Assembly: GCA_013265495.1 (NCBI GenBank)
Contig: MU058221.1
Span: forward strand, 5,130,066 to 5,194,065
Direction: 5' to 3'
Source of the DNA: Vicugna vicugna
Taxonomy: Eukaryota
DNA: 64,000 bases
The notes below the pieces were generated by a model. It was given only the letters and a program-made list of their open reading frames with translations. It did no database searches and was not told where the DNA came from. A program made the position numbers and the translations under genes. Every line of letters begins with the position of its first letter. The first letter of the stretch is position 1. Below are positions 23,358 to 48,251 of the stretch, in pieces.

Positions 23358-26189
23358 ATGCTAGGTTCTACCTTAACCTGTGTCCATTATTATTTTCAAA
23401 TGTTTTGGTTTGAATGAATCAAACACACTTTTTAACCCTGAGTAACTGTAATCCCATCTGTGGTTCAAAGAAATGGCTTCAACCCCTGACTGCCCGCATT
23501 CAGAAGGTTTGTAAATCACATCCCTAACACTGGGAAGAAAGTTCAAGACTGGATCTCAGCCTTTTTTGGCCAATGCAGTGGACAAAATTCATGTCTCATT
23601 GCAGTAGCCACTTCTATGCTGTCAGCAATGTCTTAAATTATCTAAAATTAAGGGCATAAAAACCACTAATGTGAGTTGTGTGATAATGTTCATTCTTGAA
23701 AGTTTACATTTTCAAAAAGATGAAAATTGGTGTAAATAGTTTAATACCTAGTTCCAATTCCTTTATATAAACAGGTGTTAAAGACTGCAAGTTGTATTAT
23801 GTTCAGGACACGTTTTTACAGTTCAGCAGTGGTGAGGGACCAGTTTCCAATATATCTTTATAAAATCTAAAATAAATGAACTAAAGTGAAATTTAAACAT
23901 AAAGCCACAGTTAAGAGGCTGTAAGTTCTTAAAGGGCTTATTCTAAATCTGTGGCAGTTTATGTAGAAAGTTCATCAGCTATAAAGCTTGGACCACCCTT
24001 GAGCCTAGGAGCCTCTTGGCACATGTTCATATCAGCATGTATGATGAAGTCAAGTGGATAAACTTCAAATGTGAGGAACAAAGAATGCTTGATTACACCT
24101 GTCTGCCTGGAGGCTCAAAAGTTTAGAAACGTTGGAAGGGAAGGCAAAACTAAATCAGGAATATCAATGATTAACTTCTGACTTGCTCTGAAATGAGGAC
24201 TTGAATTCTGCATGACATTGAAAAGCTCCAGCTTAAGTTTCAAAAAGCTTTTAAATGCCAGTGCACTTGTGGCCTGAAGGTAAGTGACCATGTTGGCTAA
24301 ATGAGGGAGATGAGAATGAGCAAGTGCCTGTGGGCTGGAGTAGCACCAGAGCAGTTCTCAGTTCAGTGTTTGCTAGGTTGATCCAGCCCTCAGTGACGGG
24401 TGCCTTGGCTTGTGCCCTAGCCTCTCCTGAGTGGCAGGGGCAGTACGGGGGTGGGAAACGACACTGGATTAACCACCCCAAGAACAGCAGAAGCAAAGGC
24501 ATGAGGCGGCAGGGGTTGGAGGCGATCACAGCAGAAAATCAAAAAGCATGAGTGTGTTAAGGGAGCATAATTATGTTTAGGTTGAAAGATAACATTTGTC
24601 CTTGCTTTTCAATAAAGCTCCAAGATGACGAAAGATCCGAATGCTGGGGGCAGGATGCAAAAGCCGCCTGGCTAAAAGGGCACTGATACCAGGGCCTGAG
24701 TACTGAAATCGGAATAACCCAGGTTTACTCCACTGAACAGCTTTTCTTAGCACTGAGATGAGCATCCGACCCCAACTCCTTCACTGACCGAGTGTCAGGC
24801 GGCGCACTAACAGGGAAGCAGCATCTTGGCCTATAGTAAACGGAAACCAGGAGTCCCCTCTCAAAGAGAAAAGTTACCTTTATTACCAAGTAAAAAAAAG
24901 GGCGGGAGGGTGTAAGGGGAACAAGGTAACTGACCCTAGTGGCAAAGGACATAGTGCTAAGGCTCACTGTGTGTCACTGAGATCTGCAAAGGGACTGAGA
25001 AGCAGTTCCCACACACGGTTAGCAAGATGCCTCCTGGAGCACAGCAGCCGCTGACCCACAAGAGGCCTTGTATGAATCAGAGGGACTTACTGCCAGGCCC
25101 CACCTGGCCTCAGGGAGGTGTCCTCATTCAGTCCCAAGCTACACAACTGCACAGCAGCCCCGCTCTGCTCTGTCTACCCCTAATGGCTCCAGTATAAAGA
25201 CTGGAAGAACACAGAGGCAGTAGAGATTAAATCAATAGATCCAAGAAGTAAGAGGTAGAACTGATGGGACTTGAAATTCTAAGAAATGTGAGAAAAAGGG
25301 AAGAAAGAAGGCTGATGGATGAGTCAGCTGGCTTAGTGGGGGGAAAAAAAAAAAAGTTGCCATCCGGCTAATACAGGAGAAGCAGGTCTGAGTTAGGAAT
25401 GAATGCCAGTTCTGTTTAGGACAGTGAAAGCCCCGAGGGACATCCAGGTGGAGCTAGATAGATGCACAGGCCCAGGACACAGGAAGGGAGCCTGGGCAGG
25501 AGCATCACTGGAAACCATGGAGTGGACATAACCATCCCAAGTGTGTACAGGGAACAGGCAGCAGCCTAGGAGAGAACTCAGATGGGGGGAAAGGGGGCAT
25601 GGGAAGAGAAGCCTGAAAACAGTCCTTTATCAAAAGTATAGGGACTGCCAGTCTCTGCCTCAGGGCCGTGAGGTCACAGAGCAGGAGCCTCGGGGTTTTT
25701 TTTGTTTTTTTTTTTTAATTATTCTATGTATTCTTACTTCCTAGCTCCAGTGCCAGGCCTTTGAATTTTCGCAGAATTGAGGATCTTCCTGAATCATATC
25801 CAAACCTTGTACATCCAAACCTAGAAAGTGGCTGTAAACATTCCCTAATCTCTCACAAAAAGTTTGGTTACATCTTTACACCACCTGCTGACTAAAGGCT
25901 AGACTAATACTAAACACTAAGCTTATTTTTAGAGCAATACTACTACCAACCATCTACATTTCCGTTTACTTTAACTCTGTGCTAAATACTCTCATAACTG
26001 CTAATGAAAACTTAGTGGCTGCATAGATAGCAGGAACAGAGAAGGAACCAGAATTGCAGTGAAGAGAAAATTACTGCACACACACTTAAAGCCTGCGTAC
26101 CACCCTAATACTTACAATTAAGTAGACAAGCTTTAAGCTACATCATTTCAGAATTATCGTCAGTGATTCTAAAAATTACAGGAGGCAGT

Positions 26190-26410
26190 GTGCAGGACCT
26201 TAAGTCAAACAGACTTGAGATTCAAACCATCAGTCCATCCCTTATGAGGTATATGTCTTTGAGCAAATTATGTTACATCTCAGCCTCAGTTTCCCCAACT
26301 GTAAAACAGGGCTAATGGCCATCAAGGACCAAATGTAATGACACAAGCACAGTGCTTCACACAGGGCCTACCTAGCAAACGGCAAGCACTCGAGAACAGC
26401 CAGCTATTAT
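26190..26410 (+). mobile_element. MIR SINE in the GGCX 3' region
   Basis: ctttgagcaaatta...cctcagtttccccaactgtaaaacaggg. Confidence 0.7.
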
Positions 26411-26726
26411 TTTCATCACATACATTAAATCTGTTTCCCCACGGAGCCAGTCATGTTACCTGATTCTTATCCCCTTTAGCCTAGAAAGATATTCTCACAT
26501 TGTTTCTTAACCCCCTTCCCAAGCCCCTCAATCTTGGATTCATAAATCTTATCTTTGCTTTACTTCCTTGGTTCCTCTAATCTATCATCTCTGAATTTAA
26601 CAGAGCTATGGATAGGAGAAAAATGTTTTAAAAAAGTCTTAAGTGATTTTTTTTAAAATGTCCACTGCATAGATAATGGTCCTGTGACTGGCTGCTCCCA
26701 TGTCTGTTCCCAGTGTCCGGCCTCCC

Positions 26727-36274
<9,548 letters not shown>

Positions 36275-37009
36275 GGCCCCGGGGAGGTAGGTCGGCCAAA
36301 GCAGCAGCGTCGGAGCCGGGGGCGTCGCGAGGGCAGCCTCGCTGAGCCCCTCCTCCCCGACACATCAGCACCCGCGCGGCCGGCCGGAAAGCGCCGGGAT
36401 TGTCGTGAAGGGCCCTAGTTGGCCGCCAAAGACTCCCTGCTTGGCGGCAGAGGGCGGAGCAAGGGGCCTTGGGGCGGGGCGGGGCGGGGCGGGGCGGGGC
36501 GGGGCGGTTGCGAAGGGGCGTGGCCGAGCCCCGCCTAACCGGGTGACACGGGAGGAATGAAGATTCCACCGGACCTGCAGGTCTTCTGTGGAAAGACCTG
36601 TTTCTCCGCTGGGCCGTCCCGAGGCCTCTCCGCGCTTTCAACCTGAGAAGACTTGGAGTGCCTGCGACTTCCCTGCGTCCCTCCTCGCCCCCATTAGGCC
36701 TCTCCAGGTTGTTGTGTCCCTGCGGTGCTCCTTGCAGTGAGCAGTGCGGGCGCAGATGTCAGACTTCCCAGAAAGGTTGAGCGCCGAGTTGAGGACGCAC
36801 CTGGAAGGGTTGCACTGGCCCAGAGAGAGTGTGCGAGTTCCTTTATTCATTCTTCCAGTGCCTGCCAAGAACCAGAGGTTTGACAGCTGCAGGGGAAACC
36901 GGAACAACGTAACTGCAGAGGGGATGCAGAACAGGGGCAGTGAGTAGAGTAGTCCATCGGGGAAATTCTTTGAGAGATGAAGTCTTTTTTTATAAAAAAA
37001 AAAACCAAC

Positions 37010-37748
37010 AAAACATTTTTTATTGAGTTATAGTCATTTTACAATGTTGTGTCAAATTCCAGTGTAGAGCAATTTTTCAGTTACACGTGAACATATGTAT
37101 ATTCATTGTCACATTTTTTTCACTATGAGCCACCACAAGATCTTGTATACATTTCCCTGTGCTGTACTGCATAATTTTGTTTATCTATTCTACATATGCC
37201 AGTCAGTATCTACAAATTTTGAACTCCCAGTCTATCCCTTCCCACCCCCCTCCCCCTTGTCAATCACAAGTTTGTATTCTATGTCTATGAGTTTGTTTCT
37301 GTTTTGTATTTATGGTTTTTTTTAGATTCCACATATGAGCGATCTCATATGGTATTTTTCTTTCTCTTTCTGGCTTACTTCATTTAGAATGACATTCTCC
37401 AGGGACATCCATGTTGCTGCAAATGGCGAGCGTTATTGTGGTTTTATGGCTGAATAGTATTCCATTGTATAAATATACCACATCTTCTTTATCCAGTCAT
37501 CTGTTGATGGACATTTAGGCTGTTTCCATGTCTTGGCTATTGTAAACAGTGCTGCTATGAACACTGGGGTGCAGGTGTCATTTTGAAGTAGGGTTCCTTC
37601 TGGATATATGCCCAGGAGTGGGATTCCTGGGTCATATGGTAAGTCTATTCCTAGTCTTTTGAGGAATCTCCATAGTGTTTTCCACAGTGGCTGCACCAAA
37701 CTGTATTCCCACCATCAGTGGAGGAGGGTTCCCTTTTCTCCACAGCCA
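37010..37748 (-). mobile_element. Relatively young LINE-1 3' end upstream of the GGCX promoter
   Basis: ORF 37433-37699(-) is the L1 ORF2 C-terminus ([32 protein letters not shown]...AALFTIAKTWKQPKCPSTDDWIKKMWYIYTMEYYSAIK). Confidence 0.93.
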
Positions 37749-37831
37749 GAAAGGTGAAATCTGGAACAGCGTTGTAACATCTAATTCTCTGCAGTGGGAT
37801 TGGCCAGCAGGATCAGAGGAAGGCATCTTAG

Positions 37832-39910
37832 AGCAGCAGTTCTCATATTTTTCAGTCTCATAACTGCTACACACTTTATTGAGAACCCAAAGAGTTTTTA
37901 TTTATATGGGTTATATTTTTCCATATTTACTGTATTGGAAATGTACAGAAATGTTTAAAATACGTGTTGACACAAAAGAAAAAAAAGTAATAAACGCATT
38001 ACACGTTTACATAACATTTTTATGAAAAAAGTATATTTTGCATGCAGAAAATTAAATGAGGAGTATTGTTTCACATGCAGATCTTTCTAATGTCTGGCTT
38101 ACTTGAAGAAAGCTAGATTCTCATCCCTGCTTCTGCATTCTCTCTGTTGTGAGGTGGTACTGATTGAAGTATATGAAGGAAATCCGGCCTCTCAGATACT
38201 TAGTTGGAATAAGCACTTTTATGATCTATTTAGATAACTATGGATATTCTTTGGTATAACACCTAAATTTACAAGTGGTCATTTTTTTTAAAGGTTAGTC
38301 AGATGCGGAATCAGAAATCATATCAATGAACTTTATGCTCTATTACATTAAAATCATTGGTATATCTTGCGCTTTGAATGACCCATTTACTCACACACGA
38401 TTTTGTAAAATCATACATATGGTTATTTGGAAAACACTGGTTCACTGAGTTATACAGCTCTTCTAAATGCAGAGTCTCTTAAATGTCGGGAAGCTGCCAG
38501 TGGCAGATAGAAGTTTTCTAAAATTCTAATTTTCACTTGAAAGCTCAAATTTTATCATTGGCAACAAATACTGTCTATTGTTTTCCTTGAACGAACCAGC
38601 AACTTTTATTTTTGAGAAAATACCTGCCAAAGCACCAGTTTGAATAACCACAGTTTGTCCAATGTCCTTTCAGGTAAAATAGTACTTCTTTTAGAAAAAA
38701 AAACTAAACTAAGATGCTTGACATCTTATTTGTGTTGGGGGGGTGCAAATTAAAACAACGAGATACCTGTTAGAATGGTTGAAATCCATGGCACTGACAA
38801 CATGCTGGCAAGGATGTGGAGCAACAGAAACTCTGCTTTGTTGCTGGTGGGAATGCAAAATGGTACAGCCATTTTGGAAGACAGCTTGACAGTTTCTTAC
38901 AAAGCTAAATGTACACTAATTGTATGATCCAGCTATAGTGCTCCATAGTATTTACCCAAATGAATTGCAAACTTCTGTCCACACAAAACCTGCACGTGAA
39001 TACACAGCAGTAGTATTCATAATTGCCCATACTTGGAAGCAATCAAGATGCCCTTCAGTAGGTGAATGGATAAAGCAAACTGGCACATCCATACGATGGA
39101 ATATTCAGTGATCAAATGAAATGTGCTATCAAGCTGCAAAAAGACATGGAGGAAACTTAAGTGCATATTGCTAAGTTGAAGAAAGCAATCTGAAATGGCT
39201 GTGTGATCCAAACTGCGTGATATCCTGGAAAAGGCAAAACTATGGAGCTAGCAACAAGATTGGTAGTCGCCAGGGACTGGGGGAAGGAAGGGAAGGATGA
39301 ATCGGAGGAGCACTGGAATTTTTTTAGAGAAGTGAAATTGTTCTGTACGATACTGTAGTAATGTCATGGTGAATTCATGTCATATATTTGTCAAAACCCA
39401 TAGAATCTATAATATAAAGAGTGAACCCTAAAATAAACTATGAACTTTGTTAATAATATTAGCCCATCAATTGTAACAAATGTGCCACACTAACGTAAGA
39501 TGTTAGTGAGATTTGGGGTGGGTGATGGGAAAATTCTGTATCCTTAATGTGATGGTTGTTACACAAATCTATACATGTGATGACATTTTATAGAATTATA
39601 TACAAAAATGCATACATATTAAATTGGTTGAAATCCAAAAAAAAAAAAAGCAAGATGTTAGTAATAGGAGAACTGGGAGAGCATGAAGTGGTGTATGGGA
39701 ACTGACTGTATTACTAAAAATAAATAAATAAAGTCTATTGATTGAAAAAACAAAGGTTGGTTGAGCTTACAGTTTAATTGCACAAGTGGTTTTTCTTAAA
39801 ACAACTGTGATCAGCCATCGCACGTGGGTATGCAGAAGGGCTGTGTGCATATATCCCATTTCTTCACACGAAGCAGTAAAAACATCTGTACCGTAGTGTC
39901 AAGAGTTCAA
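37832..39910 (+). mobile_element. Charlie1-like hAT DNA transposon remnant split by an L1 insertion
   Basis: Starts cagcagttctca...ttattgagaacccaaagag (Charlie-type end); Charlie-like sequence resumes at ~39755 (attgcacaagtggtttttc). Family assigned from memory. Confidence 0.65.
38710..39750 (+). mobile_element. Old L1 (L1MB/MC-type) 3' fragment nested in the Charlie element
   Basis: tgctggcaaggatgtggagcaacag...tatgatccagctatagtgctcc...ggaagcaatcaagatgcccttcagtaggtgaatggata; ORF 38920-39111 is L1 ORF2-like. Confidence 0.88.
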
Positions 39911-40724
39911 TTATTGGGCACAGATATGTTTGGCAAGTGGAACCACTGGGCTAACAGAGTTCCTGAGGGTGAGGGTCTGGCTCACTTCTAGGTCAAGTTG
40001 GGCCGAGTCACTTTGGAAGCCATAAACCTGTTTAGGGTGTAGACCTCTTAATCCACTGTCAAATCCCAGTCCAAGTGAATTCAGGGTGGGTTGGGAATTC
40101 TGGGCTACTCTTCCAGGAGCACTTAAAATTACTCGATTCTATTAAGTTCAGCGTTTATGGTCTATTATGTGCCAAGAATTGAACAAGTTACAGAGGAGGA
40201 AACAAATGAGTAAGTCATGGCCTCTGTCCTGTAGAAGTATAATAATAAAAAGAATATAGAAATAATAGAATAATAATAGAATATAGGAAGTTAAAAGGAT
40301 TAAGTAAGGTTCAAAGTGCTATGAGGAAGAAATGAATTACACTGGAGAAATCAGGAAATTTTTTGAAAACATGGGCTTTAAAGAACGAGTACAACTTTTA
40401 CAGGAGAGAGAGAAATCAAAAGTTCTTAATAGTCGTGGGTGAACTGAGAACATTCCGAGTAAGAAATCAGCTAATGAAAGAGCTATGCTAGCTTCACACC
40501 TTTTCATCCCATGCTTTTAACTTATTTTTGTTCAAGGGGTTAATTTCCAGTTTATCCTTTTTGGACCAATATAAAGAGACTCATAGCATTTAGCATTCAT
40601 TTCTACATAAAATAGTCCAAAATTTACAAAAGGTATTTCTTCATGGGTCTTTTTTAATACAATTTTCTTTCTGTCTGCACTATAGAGAAAGAAGCCCTCT
40701 TTCAGATCTCTCAGTCCAATACCC

Positions 40725-41630
40725 CAAACATTTAGTGAGTACCTACTGTGTGCAGGATATATATTCTTTTCTATGAGGGGTACCAAAGTAAAGACACAGC
40801 CCCTGCCTTTACAGAACTTAGAGTCTCAGGGGAGTCAAGTGTGTATGCAGTTAGTGACAAAGCATATTATAGGTTCTATAAAAGACACAGTGTGATGGTG
40901 ATCAGATGAGGAAGAAGTTAACTTCAGTGGGGAAATCTGGAAGGCTTCATGGAAGCAATGTCTTAAAAACAAATAGACTTTCCACAGGCAGTGATGAATG
41001 AAGCAGGATATTCACTCAGCGTGAGACAAGTCCACTTAAGCAAAGATATAAAAGGGGATGGTGTGTTTGCAGAAGGGCGTGTAATTTAGTATAACTGAAG
41101 GGCTAGGGGGTGAGTCTCATGAAAGGCAGGCTTCAAAATGCAGGTTGAGAAGAATCTTGGAATGTCAAGCTAAGGAGTTTGGACTTTACCCTGAGGGCAG
41201 TGTGGAACATACTCGATGTTTGGGGAAGATAACAAGCAGCCTCACAAGAAATGGATGGGAAAAGAAAGGTTAGTTTGGAGGTGGATGGAAATGTCCAGAG
41301 AAGGGATCGTGCTGGCATTACCTAGGAAGCAGGAGCTGGTGTGGAAAGGAGGGAGGTGGATTTGAAAGACACCACCAAGACTTAGTGATGCTCCGTCGTC
41401 TGTTTAGGATCGCTTTGGGGTTCCTAGCTTGGGAAACTGGCAGGATGGAAGTGCTATCCAGGAGGAGGAACATAGGAAAACGATAAAGGGTTTGGTTTGG
41501 CTGTGGGATGTATCTATGGACTGTCCAGGGCACTGGAGAGGCAGCAATGGCAATGGAGAGAGAGGTACAGATTGGCGGATTGTCCATAAATGGCTGTTGA
41601 AACTGTAAAGGCATTGATTGCACTTCCCTA
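40725..41630 (-). mobile_element. L2 LINE fragments
   Basis: catttagtgagtacctactgtgtgcagg...ccctgcctttacagaacttagagtc; gctaaggagtttggactttaccctgagggcagtg. Similar L2 pieces at ~5560-5960, ~14140-14650 and ~25270-25600. Confidence 0.65.
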
Positions 41631-41637
41631 GGGAGAC

Positions 41638-41870
41638 CAGGGTTTCTCAACCTTGGCACTATTGACATTTGGATCTGTGTATTCTTTGTCATTGGCAGGT
41701 AGGGGAGGGCGGAGGCTGTCCTTTGCATTGTGGGAAGTTTAGCATCCCTGGCCTCTACCTACTAGATTCCAGTAGCACACCCTTCCCCTCGAGTTGTGTC
41801 AATCAAAAATATTTCCAGACATTGTCAAATGTCCCCTGGAGGACAAAACCAACCCCATAGAGAACTACTG
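41638..41870 (-). mobile_element. MER20, full length
   Basis: cagggtttctcaaccttggcactattgacattt...agcatccctggcctctac...ccagacattgtcaaatgtcccctgg...gagaactactg. Confidence 0.88.
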
Positions 41871-42339
41871 CTCTAGGAGAGAGATGGGAATCAGAAGATG
41901 GCTAAGGGCAGAACATGCAAGTTCCAAGGGCACAGTCAGAAAGGAAGGATGCACACTGAGAGAGATGGGGGTGACGGTGTCACAGATGGGGTGGCCAGTG
42001 GCGTGACAGTCTATCAAGGGGGGTTTGGAGACAAAAGAGATCTTGGCAGTGGTCAGAGCTTTACGATCCTTCAGGGAGCAATTCCACTTGAGTCTCCTGA
42101 ATCTGCTTCTTCCTTGTTCTCTAGCCCTTTCCCTGAGAGGTACAAGGAGCCTTTTTGCACTTAGATTATAAATAAGACTGGGATACATGCCGATGTGCCC
42201 TAAAGTTTGCCTGGTGGCTTTGCAGGCTGATCATATTCCTTTTCTCCTATTTCCTCATTCGATTTGTTCTATTAGTCTCCTTTTTCATTTGTAAAGTGCT
42301 TTAGCAGAAATGTAGAAATGTACACCCGTACCATTTAAT

Positions 42340-42470
42340 CCTACTAATAACCCCTCAAAACAGCTTTCATTCTTATTCCCATTTTGCAGATGAGGAAACT
42401 GAGGCTCCCCAAGGGAAGTGGCTTGCCTGAGACTCCACAGCCAGGGAGCAGGAGATCTGATGCCCAGATC
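42340..42470 (-). mobile_element. MIR fragment
   Basis: attcccattttgcagatgaggaaactgaggctc. Confidence 0.7.
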
Positions 42471-43212
42471 TTCTGATCACGCAGGGATGGAGAACACGCT
42501 TCATCACAAAGCGGTTGCTTCTTTGGCTGCAGCTCCCACCACCTAGCAGCTTTTCCTTACGAAGTGATTGGCATCCCACTTCTGGGATAGAGCTTTCCTT
42601 GACTGTAAATAAATCAGGGACTTTTGTTCCTTTCTTGTTCCCTGCCCACAGCACTATTTCTGCTCACAGCACATCATTCGGTGCCTTACCGAATCTCTCA
42701 CCTTGCGAGGCTGTTAGCAAGGTGGTTTTCTACAAACGCGAACATTGTAATGTTCCTACAGGTGAGGCCAAGCCTGCAGCCATTCTATATGGTGAAGATG
42801 AGATTATCCGGTTGCAGGCCCAAGTGTACGCACTTTGGAATCTCCCTGATGGTTGCTGGGTCTAGGCCAAGGGTCCGCTCCCTCAGGGACACCAATGTAT
42901 GTCAAAGCCTTGCAGTGGCATAGCAGACCCCAGTGACCCCTCAAGTGTCATAACTCTCCTCCCCACCCTGGGAATCCTCTGCCACTTCTTCCTGCTCTCC
43001 TCAAACATCCTACTCTGACCTTTTGTTTCTTGGTACCTCTCATGTTTCCCTACCCACCAATTCACTCAGTATCTGGAATTCTTTATAATAGTGATCACAA
43101 AAGCCACCATTTCCTGAGGGTTTTTTAAGTGCCAAGGACAGACAATGAGATGACTGAGGCTTAGGGATGTTACATAAATCTGTCCAAGGTCACATAAATA
43201 TTAAGGTATAGA

Positions 43213-43645
43213 TCTGCGTGTCTACTAGAAATACAATTTGAATCACACTGGTAATTCAAATTTTTCTTTTTTTATTTATTGAGTTATAGTCAATTTACAA
43301 TGTTGTGTCAAGATAATTCAAAATTTTCTAAACGTTGTCAATCAACTACACGTCAATAAAACATAAAATTAAAAAAATTTTCCTGTTAGACAAATTAAAA
43401 GAGAAAAACAGGCGAAATTGATTTTATCAGTTTTAAAAATTTAACTCAGTATATCCCAAACATTATTTCGACATGTCATCAGTATATAAAATTACTAAGG
43501 AAATGTCTACATTCTTTCTTTCACAATAAGTCTTTGAAATCCGGCGAGTTTTTTTACTTTTATATCACATCTCAGTTCAGACCAGCCACATCTCAGGTGT
43601 TCAAGAACCACCTGTGGTCAGTGGCTACTCTACTGGACGGCTCAA
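43213..43645 (+). mobile_element. MER33-like hAT MITE containing two tiny L1-tail insertions
   Basis: aaacaggcgaaattgatttt...aagtctttgaaatccgg...accagccacatctcaggtgttcaa...tgtggtcagtggctact. Confidence 0.75.
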
Positions 43646-44794
43646 GGATAGATCACAAATTCCGACCTACCTCCGCTTGGCTACATGGTAGCTTTTCTAA
43701 GGATAGTAAGGAGTGGGCAGCCACATTCTCCGGGAAAGCAGGCTGCTGCTGTCCACCAAAATTCAGGTCTGCAGAAGATAGTAATAATCTCATCTTATTG
43801 GGAATCAGATTTCATAATAAATGACACTAGAGTGTCTCACAACGCTGTAGAGGTCGCAAATTTACTAGAACCTTTAAAAAAGCATTTGTCAGAGAAGCTG
43901 ACATTTCCCCCTTGGAACTGTTACTTCCTCTGGGATGTTTGTTCCTTTTTGCACGCCCCTGTTATTGTTCTTCTGTCTTGATAAACACCATCTGGGAAGA
44001 GTGGATTTTCTCTGGCCTGGAGCCAGATTGGTGGAAAAATCCTTTGCCCTGGGCCCCTTCTCCGGTCCATAGGGCAATCACCTGACACTTTCTGTGGGGT
44101 CACCAGCCCGTGGGGTGGCCCCTGAAGGGATGTGCAGGGTTGTTGAACTCTGGAAGCAAAGGAGAGTAGATGAGCCATTACTTCCTGACCTGAGCAGGGG
44201 GCAGCCCTCCATCCCAGGCACTGGGCTAGGTGTATGACATGCGCTGCCCTTTTAGTCCTCATCACGACCCCCGGAGGTCAGCATTGGCACCTGCAAAACC
44301 CAGACAGGTGAAGAGGTTCACTCAGGGTCCTCAGCTTTCTGACACCAAGAGCCCAGGGTCGCAGCATTCCAGACTTCGGGGTTTTAGTGATTTCTTCTCT
44401 CCGCCCTAAAACAGACACGGCAACAAGCGTTGTCCAGCAAGAAATGTGCATACATCTGCCTTCTGCTTCTCTGTGAACAAGGTCTGGCAGGGTGCTTCTG
44501 GGTGACTTCGGTCTCTAAGAACTGGGGGTCAGACATTCAGGACGGAAAAACAGGAGACAAATGCCCTTTCTAACTCAGGAAGCCTAGGAGGGCTGCTGGA
44601 TCTTTCTCTTCTTGTTCCTGAGAGGAGGAAGAAATTGGGCGCCGGGTGGCCCTGTCGCTTTAAGCCTCAGCCCGGGTGCGGAGGAGACGGGGAGGGCAGC
44701 GGCGGGCGCCCGCCTACCAAGTGAGCCGACGGCCGCCCGGGAGGAAGCCGACCAGGCGAGTTCTGCTGCCGACGGGCCCGCGCCGCTCGGAGAC

Positions 44795-47953
<3,159 letters not shown>

Positions 47954-48245
47954 GTAACTTAGGAGACCCCTCCCACCCTGTCCTCCTCTTCGGGGCAACT
48001 TCTCATAGTGGGTGCCAAAAGGGGACCCTCTCTCCTGTCTTTCTCCGCAGGAAATGTTGTTTGGTCTTCCTGTCCCTCACTCTCCGGTCCTTCCTCCACA
48101 CTGTCTACCCCAGGGAGCACCTCGATCCCCGGAAGGAGAGAGCTGGACTGTGGCTGTGTTTTGGGGGTCCTCAGAGTGGTTGGAGAGACCCAGAGGGCCC
48201 AGCATGTGGCTGGGAAACTGATGGAACTGATGGTGGCTGGTGGGC

Positions 48246-48251
48246 AATAAA
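48246..48251 (+). terminator. VAMP8 polyadenylation signal
   Basis: AATAAA ~290 nt after the stop codon, followed by GT-rich sequence. Confidence 0.8.

Noticed and set aside
42515..42865. 116-aa ORF with protein-like composition between GGCX and VAMP8
   Set aside because: It has a non-ATG start, no recognisable family and no supporting gene structure; BLAST would be needed to revisit it.
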